Assembly: GCA_017481745.1 (NCBI GenBank) | Contig: JAFUOV010000012.1 | Coordinates: 28,181 to 92,180 of the forward strand | Source of the DNA: Bacteroidaceae bacterium | Lineage (GTDB): Bacteria; Bacteroidota; Bacteroidia; Bacteroidales; Barnesiellaceae_A | Direction: 5' to 3' | DNA: 64,000 bases | In this document: positions 54,727 through 64,000 of the stretch, piece after piece | Position numbering within the stretch: position 1 is the stretch's first letter | Layout of the letters: each line of letters starts with the position of its first letter | Position numbers and translations under genes: made by a program | Notes under the pieces: model-generated | Told to the model about the DNA's origin: nothing | Database searches by the model: none | What the model saw: the letters and a program-made list of their open reading frames with translations, nothing else

Positions 54727-55257
54727 ATGGCAAATGTAGCTGATAATACCCACGTTTTCGCGCAGGGTATGCCATCAATGGAACATTGTTCAAAACTCAG
54801 GGTAGGTATTGTTGCTGCCGAATGGAACGATAATATCATAGCACCGTTGTTGCAGGGTGCGGTAGATACTCTTGTTGAAAATGGTGTGCAGTTGAATAAT
54901 ATATATGTTTCGCGCGTGCCCGGTACTGTTGAGCTCACCTATGGCGCCCGGTGCATGATGGAAACACTGCGCCCCGATGCTGTCATTGTATTGGGTTGCG
55001 TGGTACGTGGCGATACTCCTCACTTCGACTATGTGTGCGATAGCGTTACACAAGGCGTTACCGAGTTGAATTTGCTTGCAGGCTCGCGTATCCCGGTCAT
55101 TTTTGGTGTTATCACAACCAATACCATGGAGCAGGCTGCCGATCGTGCCGGTGGCAAGGTGGGCAACAAGGGTAGCGAGTGCGCCGCAACCGCCTTGAAG
55201 ATGGCTGCTCTTACGTCTTGCTCGCTCGGTGGTGAAGAATTTTCGTTATTGAAATAG
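54727..55257 (+). CDS. ribH: 6,7-dimethyl-8-ribityllumazine synthase
   Basis: I chose the internal ATG (MANVADN...) because the ORF-track start lies inside the upstream hairpin. Motifs are [13 protein letters not shown] and [11 protein letters not shown]. Confidence 0.85.
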   Translation: MANVADNTHVFAQGMPSMEHCSKLRVGIVAAEWNDNIIAPLLQGAVDTLVENGVQLNNIYVSRVPGTVELTYGARCMMETLRPDAVIVLGCVVRGDTPHFDYVCDSVTQGVTELNLLAGSRIPVIFGVITTNTMEQAADRAGGKVGNKGSECAATALKMAALTSCSLGGEEFSLLK

Positions 55258-55354
55258 TTTGAATTATAACATTTTACCATTCATCGGTTTATAAAATGCA
55301 GATTTGAGCATTAAAAATGTTGCTATAAATTTGCATACTTCAAAGAAAACTTCG

Positions 55355-55362
55355 TATCTTTG
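55355..55362 (+). promoter_or_regulatory. -7 box tatctttg for tRNA-Tyr
   Basis: It ends 10 nt before the predicted tRNA 5' end. Confidence 0.5.
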
Positions 55363-55372
55363 CAACAGCAAT

Positions 55373-55455
55373 GGGCTAATACCATAGTGGCAAAATGGTG
55401 CAGAATGTAAATCTGCTGGTTTTTACCTTCGGTGGTTCGAATCCATCTTCGCCCA
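55373..55455 (+). tRNA. tRNA-Tyr (anticodon GTA), class II with long variable arm
   Basis: I folded it by hand. The acceptor is GGGCTAA/TTCGCCC (one T5:C68 mismatch), the D arm is CCA-TAGTGGCAAAA-TGG, and the anticodon stem GCAGA/TCTGC carries the loop ATGTAAA. There is a 14-nt variable arm, the T arm is GGTGG-TTCGAAT-CCATC, and the discriminator is A. No CCA is encoded. It is colinear with the E. coli tRNA-Tyr layout. Confidence 0.75.
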
Positions 55456-55456
55456 C

Positions 55457-55490
55457 AACGAAAGCTGCCAAACGGCAGCTTTCGTTGTTT
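55457..55490 (+). terminator. Rho-independent terminator after the tRNA
   Basis: aacgaaagctgcc-aaac-ggcagctttcgtt is followed by gttt. Confidence 0.75.
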
Positions 55491-55569
55491 AAAGCCTTGA
55501 AGGTCCCCCCCCGATTTTCCTAATTTGCGAACTCTAAACTCTCATCTCTCAACACTCAACATTCACAAC

Positions 55570-56316
55570 ATGGATACATTGGACTTGTTGCGCAGCCGGC
55601 GCACCATTAGAAAATATAGCGGTAAAAACATCAGTAACGAGCTGCTTGCCGAGCTGTTGGAGGCGGCTTTTCGTGCACCTACAACGGGCGGAATGCAGCT
55701 GTATAGTGTTGTTGTTACCCGCGACAATGCCATGAAACAGAAGTTGGCACCCACACACTTCAACCAGCCGACGGTAACATCGGCGCCCGTAGTGCTGACA
55801 TTTTGTGCCGATTACAATCGCTTTGTCAAGTGGTGCGAGGCAAGTAATGCACAACCCGGATATGATAACTTTGCATCGTTTACTACAGCAATGATTGATG
55901 CGTTGTTGGTGGCTCAGCAATTCAATACAGCTGCCGAGGCACGAGGCTTGGGCTGCTGCTACTTGGGTACGACAACCTACAATGCGCCACAGATAGCCGA
56001 GGTGTTGAATTTGCCACGCCTTGTTGTGCCGGTTACAACCCTAACGGTAGGCTATCCTGCCGACATGCCCGAGCAGGTAGAACGCCTGCCCATCGAAGCG
56101 ATTATTCACGACGAGCAGTATCATGACTATTCTGCCGACGACATCCGTCGTCTCTACGCCGAGAAAGAAGCGCTACCTGCCAATCGTCGCTTTGTTGAGG
56201 AGAACGGCAAAGAGAGTCTGGCACAAGTATTTACCGATGTGCGATATACCAAGAAGGATAACGAATATTTTTCACGCATCTGGGCAGACTTTATAGCCGC
56301 TCAGGGTTTCAAATAA
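55570..56316 (+). CDS. Nitroreductase-family NAD(P)H flavin oxidoreductase
   Basis: I chose the internal ATG. The motif LLRSRRTIRKYSGK...AAFRAPTTGGMQ is typical of the family. Confidence 0.8.
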   Translation: MDTLDLLRSRRTIRKYSGKNISNELLAELLEAAFRAPTTGGMQLYSVVVTRDNAMKQKLAPTHFNQPTVTSAPVVLTFCADYNRFVKWCEASNAQPGYDNFASFTTAMIDALLVAQQFNTAAEARGLGCCYLGTTTYNAPQIAEVLNLPRLVVPVTTLTVGYPADMPEQVERLPIEAIIHDEQYHDYSADDIRRLYAEKEALPANRRFVEENGKESLAQVFTDVRYTKKDNEYFSRIWADFIAAQGFK

Positions 56317-56345
56317 ATCGTGTATATATAGGTGGCTTATTATAA

Positions 56346-56381
56346 CCGACGACCATATTGCCTTGGCAATATGGTCGTCGG
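56346..56381. terminator. Bidirectional terminator hairpin (17-bp arms)
   Basis: ccgacgaccatattgcc-tt-ggcaatatggtcgtcgg lies between convergent genes. Confidence 0.7.
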
Positions 56382-56405
56382 TCTGTTATAGTATGTGTGC
56401 GAGGC

Positions 56406-57512
56406 TTACTTTTGTACCTCGACCTTTTGAGTGGCGGGTTGGGTGTTGTTGCGACGTTCTACAGCGTGGACAACCTCCGATGCCAACAAGCGGAATGCCA
56501 AGCCCGAGGCGGTGTCGTCGAGTGCTACCGGATGTCCGGCATCGCCACCGTCGCAGATGCTCTGTACAAGAGGTATCTGTCCGAGCAGTGTTACGCCCAA
56601 CTCTTCGGCAAGGCGCTTGCCGCCTTCGCGACCAAATATATAATAGCGATTTTCGGGCAGCTCGGCAGGGGTAAACCAACTCATATTCTCTACCAAACCG
56701 AGGATGGGAACATTTACTTTGTCGCCCATAAACATGCTTATGCCCTTACGAGCATCGGCTAGAGCTACCTCTTGCGGTGTAGTAACAACAATTGCTCCGG
56801 TAATACCCAATGTTTGCACCAAGGTGAGGTGAATGTCGCTTGTGCCCGGGGGAAGGTCGAGTACAAAGTAGTCGAGCTCGTCCCAAGCGGCATCGGTGAT
56901 AAGTTGTTTCAGAGCATTGCTTGCCATACCGCCACGCCACAGCACCGCATCGTCCTTGCGCACGAAGAAGCCTATTGAGAGTATCTTTACGCCATATTTT
57001 TCGATAGGGATGATATAGCTGTGTCCGTCGCGTTCCTCGGCATATACTTGCTCGTCTTCGATGTTAAACATCTTGGGAGCCGAAGGACCGAATATATCGG
57101 CATCCAACAAACCTACTTTATATCCGGCTTGAGCCAATGCAACGGCAAGGTTGGATGCAACGGTCGATTTTCCTACGCCGCCTTTGCCCGACGATACAGC
57201 GATGATATTCTTGACACCGGGTAGCGGATTGTTGCGTGTGGGGCGGTTTGCTACGCGAAATTTGGTAGCGATGTTGCCTTGTATCTCTACATCGGGAGCA
57301 ACAAAAGTGAGGATAGCCGCCTCGGCAGCCTTGACAACCGAGCGTATAAAGGGGTCGTTTTCTTTTTCAAATATGATAGAGAACGATACTTTGCGACCGT
57401 CGATGCGTATGTCGTCTTCTATCATCTCGTTCTCGACAAGGCTCTTGCCATTGCCGGGATAACGTACTTGTGCAAGTGCATCAAGTATCAGCTTGGGATA
57501 TAGTGCATCCAT
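56406..57512 (-). CDS. mrp: Mrp/NBP35-family Fe-S cluster carrier ATPase (ApbC-like)
   Basis: 368 aa with a DUF59-like N-terminus, a deviant Walker A (SGKGGVGKST) and a CxxC-type region. Confidence 0.9.
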   Translation of the reverse strand: MDALYPKLILDALAQVRYPGNGKSLVENEMIEDDIRIDGRKVSFSIIFEKENDPFIRSVVKAAEAAILTFVAPDVEIQGNIATKFRVANRPTRNNPLPGVKNIIAVSSGKGGVGKSTVASNLAVALAQAGYKVGLLDADIFGPSAPKMFNIEDEQVYAEERDGHSYIIPIEKYGVKILSIGFFVRKDDAVLWRGGMASNALKQLITDAAWDELDYFVLDLPPGTSDIHLTLVQTLGITGAIVVTTPQEVALADARKGISMFMGDKVNVPILGLVENMSWFTPAELPENRYYIFGREGGKRLAEELGVTLLGQIPLVQSICDGGDAGHPVALDDTASGLAFRLLASEVVHAVERRNNTQPATQKVEVQK

Positions 57513-57569
57513 ATTCTAGTTTTCAATATTATACGATGTCGAGTACCGCTTGTTTTTTGCGGTTTAGTG

Positions 57570-57577
57570 CAAAGATA
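57570..57577 (-). promoter_or_regulatory. -7 box (reverse complement tatctttg) for mrp
   Basis: caaagata on the plus strand lies 58 nt upstream of the mrp ATG. Confidence 0.4.
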
Positions 57578-57592
57578 CAACAAATCGACGAG

Positions 57593-57600
57593 TATATTTG
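57593..57600 (+). promoter_or_regulatory. -7 box tatatttg for the NCS2 permease
   Basis: It matches TAnnTTTG about 70 nt upstream of the ATG at 57670. Confidence 0.35.
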
Positions 57601-57669
57601 TAGTTATCGCAAAATATTGAGTAAATTTACAACTTTAATTTTAGGAACACACATAAGAATACATCACAC

Positions 57670-58959
57670 ATGGAAATGCTTAAAAAGCTCTTCGGATTTG
57701 ATAGTAAAAAGACTACCGTACGTACCGAGATAATGGCGGGTGTTACTACTTTTCTTGCCATGGCATATATCTTGGCAGTAAATCCCAACATCCTAAGTGA
57801 AACGGGTATGGACAAGGGCGCGCTGTTTACAACAACGGCGCTTATTGCCGGTATGGCTACGGTCTTTATGGGTTTATATGCCAAGTTGCCCTTTGCATTG
57901 GCTCCCGGTATGGGTCTTAATGCATTCTTTGCCTATTCGATATGCTCTATAATGGGCTATTCGTGGCAGTTTGCTCTTACGGCGGTGTTTATGGAGGGTA
58001 TTGTCTTTATCTTGCTTACGGTTACCAACCTGCGCGAGAAGATTGTAGATGTTATTCCCGATACGTTGAAGAATGCCATAAGTGTGGGTATCGGTCTGTA
58101 TATTGCTTTTATCGGCTTACAGAGCAGTGGCATTATTGTCAATAACGATATGACCTTGGTGAGCCTCAGTCCCTTGTCGTCGCCTTCGCCCATGTTGGCT
58201 ATCATTGGTATTATCTTCACTTCGATACTCCTTGTCAAGAAGGTGCAAGGTGCGTTGTTGTGGGGTATATTGGTAACCACCATTGTGGGTATTCCTATGG
58301 GTGTAACGCAGATGCATGGTGTGGTGAGTGCTCCGCCTTCGATAGAACCTATTGCATTGAAGTTTGAGTGGGACAAAATCTTTACACCCGATATGTTTGT
58401 GGTGGTATTTACATTGTTGTTTGTCGACCTATTCGATACAATCGGTACATTGATAGGTGTATCGACCAAGGCGGGTATGGTGAAGAATGGTAAGATACCT
58501 CGACTCAAGCAAGCGTTTCTTGTAGATGCTCTTGCTACTACAACAGGTGCTATGATGGGTACAAGTACTGTTACCACGTTTGTCGAGAGTGCCGCGGGTG
58601 TCAATGAGGGCGGTAGTAGCGGATTGACTGCTTTTACCGCCGGCGTGTGTTTCTTCTTGTCGCTCTTCTTTGCGCCGTTCTTCTTGGCAATTCCGGCATC
58701 AGCTACTGCTCCGGCGCTTATATTGGTGGGTCTTATGATGATGTCGTCGGTTGTGAAAGTCAACTTCAACGACTATAGCGAGGCTATTCCGGCATTTGTA
58801 TGTATTGTTTTCATGCCTCTGTCGTATAGTATTTCCGACGGTATTGTGATGGGACACCTTTCATATATACTCGTCAACCTCTTCAGTGGTAATTATAAGA
58901 AAGTGTCTATCGGAATGTATATATTGGGCGCATTCTTCCTGTTGCGTTTCTTGCCATAA
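57670..58959 (+). CDS. NCS2-family nucleobase permease (adenine/guanine/hypoxanthine, AzgA/PbuG-like)
   Basis: 429 aa with TEIMAGVTTFLAMAYILAVNP and ESAAGV. Confidence 0.85.
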   Translation: MEMLKKLFGFDSKKTTVRTEIMAGVTTFLAMAYILAVNPNILSETGMDKGALFTTTALIAGMATVFMGLYAKLPFALAPGMGLNAFFAYSICSIMGYSWQFALTAVFMEGIVFILLTVTNLREKIVDVIPDTLKNAISVGIGLYIAFIGLQSSGIIVNNDMTLVSLSPLSSPSPMLAIIGIIFTSILLVKKVQGALLWGILVTTIVGIPMGVTQMHGVVSAPPSIEPIALKFEWDKIFTPDMFVVVFTLLFVDLFDTIGTLIGVSTKAGMVKNGKIPRLKQAFLVDALATTTGAMMGTSTVTTFVESAAGVNEGGSSGLTAFTAGVCFFLSLFFAPFFLAIPASATAPALILVGLMMMSSVVKVNFNDYSEAIPAFVCIVFMPLSYSISDGIVMGHLSYILVNLFSGNYKKVSIGMYILGAFFLLRFLP

Positions 58960-58997
58960 GATGCAGGTAGTAGGAATGGTGTAGTATTGGATATAAC

Positions 58998-59036
58998 GGG
59001 GTGCGTCAAATCATTCATTTTGGCGCACCCTTTTTC
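58998..59036 (+). terminator. Rho-independent terminator of the permease gene
   Basis: ggggtgcgtc-(loop)-ggcgcaccc (one G:U pair) is followed by tttttc. Confidence 0.6.
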
Positions 59037-59077
59037 TATATTTCTTTAGGTTCTCTTCATAGCACTATAAATACAAA

Positions 59078-59108
59078 AACAGCGACTTCTGTATAGAAGT
59101 CGCTGTTT
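59078..59108 (-). terminator. Rho-independent terminator of rpsO
   Basis: aaacagcgacttct-gtat-agaagtcgctgttt. On the minus strand the stem is followed by tttttg. Confidence 0.8.
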
Positions 59109-59134
59109 CTTTTACCTTTACCGTTGGTATCGTA

Positions 59135-59410
59135 TTACTTACGGATACCAAGCTCTTTTTGTGCGATGATGGCACGGTAACGGTTGATGTCGGTGCGGAT
59201 AAGATAATCCAACAAACGACGACGTTTACCTACCAACATTTTAAGAGCGCGTTGTGTGGTATAATCTTTGTGATTTGACTTGAGGTGCTCAGTCAAATGA
59301 GCAATACGGTATGAAAATAATGCAATCTGTGCTTCGGGTGAGCCAGTATCAGTATTCGACTTTCCGTATTTCTCAAAGATTTCCTGTTTTTTCTCAGCGG
59401 TTAAATACAT
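59135..59410 (-). CDS. rpsO: 30S ribosomal protein S15
   Basis: 91 aa with MYLTAEKKQEIFEKYG...HLKSNHKDYTTQRALKMLVGKRRRLLDYL. Confidence 0.95.
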   Translation of the reverse strand: MYLTAEKKQEIFEKYGKSNTDTGSPEAQIALFSYRIAHLTEHLKSNHKDYTTQRALKMLVGKRRRLLDYLIRTDINRYRAIIAQKELGIRK

Positions 59411-59547
59411 TTCCTTGAGTTTTTAATTGTGTTATAAATAATTTTTTTAGCGCACAAAGGTAAGCATTTATTTTTTAATGGCAAACCTTTGGCTATGTTT
59501 TTTGTCAATAATTTCTAAAATGGAGTTTTATCGTGGAGGATAACACT

Positions 59548-61296
59548 CTATTTAATAGCCACTTTTGTAGCATTTCCGTTATGCAATACGATATAGATGC
59601 CGGCAGTGGGGGCGGCGACATTGTTGTTGCCTTGTGCTACGAGTATACCTTGTATATTATATAGCGTTATATGACCGGTGGCTTCGATAGTACGTTGTGT
59701 GATGGTAATCTTGTTGTCGTTATTTACAACGTCTATGGCAGTGTATGTGCCTATAATGCCGTTGTGGTCGTAGATGGCATGGTTTTGCAGAACGAGGTTC
59801 TCGGTTTGGTGCTCGCCCACGCCACCACGTCCGTCGTTGAATATTATCATCGGGTCGTTGGCGGTATATCCGGGGTCGAAGGTAATAGTGTAATACTCCT
59901 TGCCGTCGATGGTTGTTGTGGCGGTCATGAGTGTGCCGGGCCAGTTGCCCAAAAATTCTGTTACCGATCCGTCGTAGTCCCAGCTGTATGCGTGGATGTT
60001 TTCCCACTCAGTGCCTTCGGCAGTGAAGTAGACGGTATAGCTTGTTTCGGTCTCTTCAACATCTTTCCCGGCATCGCCCCAATGCTCGGCAAGGAACTTG
60101 GCACGCTCGCGGATGTTGTTCTTCATGGTTGTGCCGTCGCCCGTCACGTCTTGGCTGCCGTAGTCGGGCCAACGTACATCGTCGGCTTGAATGGCTTTTT
60201 CGTAGGCACTCACATAATTGTCGATATAGGTATATATATCGTCGAAATTGCCGGCGCGGAGTTCCTTCCATATCTCCGAAACCTTCTCTTGGAAGTGGGG
60301 GTATTTGGCTATCTCGGCTATCCAAGTCTGTCCGTAGGGGGGATATTCGTAAATGAACCAGCCCGAGCCACGACGGAATGTGTTACCAAAGTCCCATACC
60401 GGTCCAAACATCCACTTCTGGTTGTCGCCCATATCGCGGTGCATGTAGCAACTGCCATGGAACGACTCGGCATTGTCGAGTATCTCTTGTACGATGTAGA
60501 AGCGCACAAGACGGTCGAGGTCGATGTAATTTTCCCACTCGTTGTCGTTCTTGTCTTCGTTATAAATGGCGGCATCTATTGTGGTCATCTGGTTGCGCAG
60601 GTATTCTTCTTGTGCAGTCGACAATATTTCGGGGGTCTTGTAGGTGAAGATGATGCGCTCGCCATTGCCTTCGGTAATGCGCACGTGGGGGTCGGTGTCG
60701 TAGTTGTCAATCTCTACCAGCCAGCCACCGGTAATGGCTGTGGGGTCGGTCTCTTCGTCCAACTGCTCTACGATGTTCACGCGGTCGCTATCTACTCTGA
60801 TAGTTTCGGTGAGGAAGTAAAGACCTATATACTCGCCGTTGAGTACAACCTCGACAGGCTTGGCAGAGGGTGTCCAAGGCATGCCTATCATACGTGCAAG
60901 TTCGTATCCTACAGCATTGCGCAAACCCGACAACTCGTCGTCGGCATTTGCCATAAGTGCAAAGTGCTTGCTCTTGTTCATGCCCAAGATAGCCGTTTTG
61001 GTGCCAAACTTCAATCGGTAGGGTTTCTTGTCGAAACCATTCCATGTCCAGTTGCCACGACCACGTATTTCGAGGGGTAGTTGGCTATCTACGCTACCAA
61101 AAGCCTCAACTCCCTCGATACCCATAGGGTCGAGGTAGTAGGTTGCTTGCAGGTAGTCTTCTTTCGATGTGATAGGAGTATTATTCTCGGTATTGATATA
61201 TATAACAGGTAGTGTGCCTGAATAATCGGCAGCTTGCACACTTATTGCCGCAAAGAGGCATGCCGAGAGGATAAGGTTCTTTAATCTGAAAATCAT
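59548..61296 (-). CDS. CotH-family protein with CBM-like module and T9SS C-terminal sorting domain
   Basis: 582 aa with a signal peptide, a CotH-like core (KPYRLKF...VVLNGEYIGLYFLTE), a starch-binding-like module (VYF...WENIHAYSW...GNWPGTLM...IIFNDG) and a C-terminal beta tail (ITLYNIQGILVAQG...GIYIVLHNGNATKVAIK). Confidence 0.65.
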   Translation of the reverse strand: MIFRLKNLILSACLFAAISVQAADYSGTLPVIYINTENNTPITSKEDYLQATYYLDPMGIEGVEAFGSVDSQLPLEIRGRGNWTWNGFDKKPYRLKFGTKTAILGMNKSKHFALMANADDELSGLRNAVGYELARMIGMPWTPSAKPVEVVLNGEYIGLYFLTETIRVDSDRVNIVEQLDEETDPTAITGGWLVEIDNYDTDPHVRITEGNGERIIFTYKTPEILSTAQEEYLRNQMTTIDAAIYNEDKNDNEWENYIDLDRLVRFYIVQEILDNAESFHGSCYMHRDMGDNQKWMFGPVWDFGNTFRRGSGWFIYEYPPYGQTWIAEIAKYPHFQEKVSEIWKELRAGNFDDIYTYIDNYVSAYEKAIQADDVRWPDYGSQDVTGDGTTMKNNIRERAKFLAEHWGDAGKDVEETETSYTVYFTAEGTEWENIHAYSWDYDGSVTEFLGNWPGTLMTATTTIDGKEYYTITFDPGYTANDPMIIFNDGRGGVGEHQTENLVLQNHAIYDHNGIIGTYTAIDVVNNDNKITITQRTIEATGHITLYNIQGILVAQGNNNVAAPTAGIYIVLHNGNATKVAIK

Positions 61297-61399
61297 AAAT
61301 TCTGTATTTGGTTAATAGCTACAAAGATATGAGTTTTAGCCTTTTTTATTATTGAAATGATATTTTTTAATAAAAAGAAATTTGTGCAAACGTTTCCAC

Positions 61400-62326
61400 T
61401 TATTTTTGCTTCTTGATACGCGGGAAAAGCCGTCGAATATTGGTCAGTTTTCGAGTCAGATGACTATCGGCTACAACAATTGTAACGGCAGTGATAATGA
61501 GTACGATACCTACAATGTCGTGCCAGGTGAGTATTTCGTTGAAGATGGTTATACCAAAGAATATGGCGGTAACAGGCTCCAATGCACCCAATATGGCAGT
61601 CGGGGTAGAGCCTACGTATTGTATGGCTGTGGTGGTGCACAAGAAAGATATAACCGTAGGGAAGAGAGCCAATGCTACAACACATAGCCACAGCCACCAT
61701 TTGTCGGGGAGAATGAGGTTCTGCCCGCAACCGGTACAGATGAAGAAAATGATAGTGCCTACCAGCAATACAAAGAAGGTAACTTGCAGAGTGGCAACGC
61801 TACGTAGGCTCGATTGGTTGATAGATACTATGTATATGGCGTATGTAAGCGAAGAGGTCATTACCAGCAGTACGCCGGTGAGGCTTAGTACTGCTCCGTC
61901 GCTACCTTTTATAAGTATGCCTATACCCGTAGCTGTGAGCAACAGACACAACACCAGCAGGAGAGAGAGTCGTTCTTTGAAAAACAATGCCATGATAAGA
62001 GCTACCATAACAGGATATATAAAGAGCAGGGTCGATGCAATGCCGGCGTTCATATACAAATAGCTCATAAATAGCGATATGGACGAACTTGCCATGAGTA
62101 CACCCATGATGAGCGAAAGGAACGTGTTCCTACGTCCGATGTTCAATCCACGACCTCGCGCCTTGAGCATTATAGCTACGATAGGTAGTGCTGTGAGGTA
62201 GCGCAGAAAGAGTACCGAGAATGTATCCAATCCATTCTCGTATAGTGGTAATGCAAATAGAGGGTTCATGCCGTAGGTAGCCGCAGCACAGGCTGCCAGC
62301 AAGTAACCTTTCAGTTTGGTATTCAT
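61400..62326 (-). CDS. EamA/DMT-family transporter
   Basis: 308 aa with 10 TM in a two-repeat hydrophobic pattern. Confidence 0.75.
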   Translation of the reverse strand: MNTKLKGYLLAACAAATYGMNPLFALPLYENGLDTFSVLFLRYLTALPIVAIMLKARGRGLNIGRRNTFLSLIMGVLMASSSISLFMSYLYMNAGIASTLLFIYPVMVALIMALFFKERLSLLLVLCLLLTATGIGILIKGSDGAVLSLTGVLLVMTSSLTYAIYIVSINQSSLRSVATLQVTFFVLLVGTIIFFICTGCGQNLILPDKWWLWLCVVALALFPTVISFLCTTTAIQYVGSTPTAILGALEPVTAIFFGITIFNEILTWHDIVGIVLIITAVTIVVADSHLTRKLTNIRRLFPRIKKQK

Positions 62327-62456
62327 CTCTTATCTCCTTGATTGCGGGTGCAAATGTACAACAAAAATCGGGGCGATTATGATTTTGTGCTGCAATTATA
62401 TCGCATATATCTGCTATAAATGCACCATGATTGAGCGGCTTTTCAAGAATATTTTG

Positions 62457-62464
62457 TACCTTTG
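62457..62464 (+). promoter_or_regulatory. -7 box tacctttg for typA
   Basis: It matches TAnnTTTG 66 nt upstream of the ATG at 62530. Confidence 0.4.
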
Positions 62465-62529
62465 CAGCCCGAAATAATAAAGATGATTTGCAGGTTGCGA
62501 GGATGTATCCTCGGTTAAAACAATAGGTT

Positions 62530-64000
62530 ATGCAAAAGATAAGAAATATCGCAATTATTGCTCACGTCGACCACGGTAAGACTACGTTGGTCGATAAGAT
62601 GTTGCTGGCAGGAAATCTTTTCCGCGAAAATCAGAGTACAGGAGAGTTAATTCTTGATAATAACGACTTGGAGCGTGAGCGAGGAATTACGATTTTGTCG
62701 AAGAACGTTTCTATCCAATATAAAGATTACAAAATCAATATCATTGACACCCCGGGGCACGCCGACTTTGGTGGTGAGGTAGAGCGCGTATTGAATATGG
62801 CGGATGGCTGCTTGCTGTTGGTCGATGCCTTTGAGGGTCCTATGCCTCAAACTCGTTTCGTGTTGCAGAAGGCTATCGAAATGGGCTTGAAACCGGTTGT
62901 GGTTATCAACAAGGTCGACAAGCCCAACTGTCGTCCCGACGAGGTGCAAGATATGGTGCTCGACTTGATGTTCAGCCTCGATGCTACCGAGGAACAACTC
63001 GATTTCCCTACCATTTACGGTTCTGCCAAGCAGGGCTGGATGAGTACCGATTGGCACAAGCCTACCGAAACTATTCAACCGCTGTTAGAAGCTATCATCG
63101 AGCATATCCCCGAGCCGGAGTATCTTGAAGGTACTCCGCAGATGCTTATCACTTCGCTCGACTATTCGTCGTATGTGGGTCGTATAGCCGTAGGTCGTGT
63201 GCATCGTGGCGAGTTGCGCGAGGGTATGGAGGTGGCTCTGTGCAAACGCGATGGCTCGGTTGTTAAGCAACGCATCAAAGAGCTTGACGTATTTGAGGGC
63301 ATGGCGCGTACCAAGACCGACCGCGTGGGTTCGGGCGATATTTGTGCTATTGTGGGTCTTGAGGGTTTTGAGATTGGCGATACCATTGCCGATGCCCTTA
63401 ATCCCGAGCCTCTGGAGCGCATCGCCATCGACGAGCCTACCATGTCGATGACCTTTACTATCAACGATTCGCCTTTCTTTGGCAAAGACGGTAAATATGT
63501 TACCTCGCGCCACATTGCCGATCGCTTGGCGCGCGAGTTGGATAAGAACTTGGCTCTGCGTGTCGAGAAAGGCATAAAAGAGGATGTATGGAATGTCTAT
63601 GGTCGCGGTGTGCTGCACTTGTCGGTGCTTATCGAAACAATGCGTCGTGAGGGTTACGAGTTGCAAGTGGGTCAGCCGCAGGTAATCATCAAAGAGATAG
63701 ACGGTGTGAAGTGCGAGCCGATCGAGTTGTTGACAGTCAATCTTCCCGAGGAGTATTCGAGCAAGATTATTGATATGGTAACACGTCGCAAGGGCGAGAT
63801 GATATCAATGACAACACAAAACGACCGTATCCACATCGAGTTTTATATCCCCTCGCGTGGTATCATTGGTCTGCGTAATAACGTGCTCACTGCATCGGCA
63901 GGCGAGGCTATCATGGCGCACCGTTTCTACGAGTATCAACCCTGGAAAGGCGATATAGACCGTCGCACCAATGGCTCGCTTATCGCTATGGAGGCAGGTA
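62530..64000 (+). CDS. typA: Translational GTPase TypA/BipA (N-terminal ~490 aa; truncated by the right edge)
   Basis: This ORF is absent from the ORF track because it has no stop. My translation gives [24 protein letters not shown]...[19 protein letters not shown]...VINKVDK and stays open to position 64000. Confidence 0.9.
   Translation, partial: MQKIRNIAIIAHVDHGKTTLVDKMLLAGNLFRENQSTGELILDNNDLERERGITILSKNVSIQYKDYKINIIDTPGHADFGGEVERVLNMADGCLLLVDAFEGPMPQTRFVLQKAIEMGLKPVVVINKVDKPNCRPDEVQDMVLDLMFSLDATEEQLDFPTIYGSAKQGWMSTDWHKPTETIQPLLEAIIEHIPEPEYLEGTPQMLITSLDYSSYVGRIAVGRVHRGELREGMEVALCKRDGSVVKQRIKELDVFEGMARTKTDRVGSGDICAIVGLEGFEIGDTIADALNPEPLERIAIDEPTMSMTFTINDSPFFGKDGKYVTSRHIADRLARELDKNLALRVEKGIKEDVWNVYGRGVLHLSVLIETMRREGYELQVGQPQVIIKEIDGVKCEPIELLTVNLPEEYSSKIIDMVTRRKGEMISMTTQNDRIHIEFYIPSRGIIGLRNNVLTASAGEAIMAHRFYEYQPWKGDIDRRTNGSLIAMEAG

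Noticed and set aside
57513-57669. I considered a purine riboswitch upstream of the NCS2 nucleobase permease.
   Set aside because: There is no three-way-junction consensus (UAUAAU...GUUUCUACC...CCGUAAAU-like) in the 157-nt divergent region. The region is filled by two opposed promoter boxes.

Overview
This is a 64-kb chromosomal segment with Bacteroidales hallmarks. TAnnTTTG -7 promoter boxes sit 15-40 nt upstream of most start codons, there are no Shine-Dalgarno sequences, one protein carries a T9SS C-terminal sorting domain, and the Na+-pumping methylmalonyl-CoA decarboxylase operon is present. Roughly two thirds is housekeeping: yidC-pyrG, mce-mmdA/D/C/B, purH, mreBCD-mrdA-rodA, an FtsB-like gene, an M16 peptidase, ribH, tRNA-Tyr, mrp, an NCS2 nucleobase permease, rpsO, and typA (cut by the right edge). 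There are three accessory regions. (i) GH28 plus a DUF4861-like gene lie at the left edge. (ii) A ~17-kb all-minus-strand cell-surface region spans 8.4-25 kb. It holds a Wza/Wzc/Wzx/Wzy polysaccharide locus with three glycosyltransferases, an acetyltransferase and a radical SAM/SPASM enzyme. Downstream of that come two tandem paralogous lipoprotein + small beta-barrel gene pairs, a Wzi-like barrel and a lipocalin-like gene. Duplicated promoter-bearing repeats are interspersed through this region. (iii) A ~7-kb block spans 46.6-53.8 kb. It encodes a GrpE-like protein, a lid-less Hsp70 paralog and a 977-aa membrane-spanning protein. That protein has no J domain and carries SH3b, FKBP and thioredoxin domains at its C-terminus. 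Next to these genes are a small HTH regulator and an orphan holin / M15 endolysin / u-spanin-like cassette. Block (iii) is my best candidate for an undescribed system. I saw no CRISPR array, transposase, integrase or rRNA. All family assignments come from motif recognition by eye, and none has been checked against a database.
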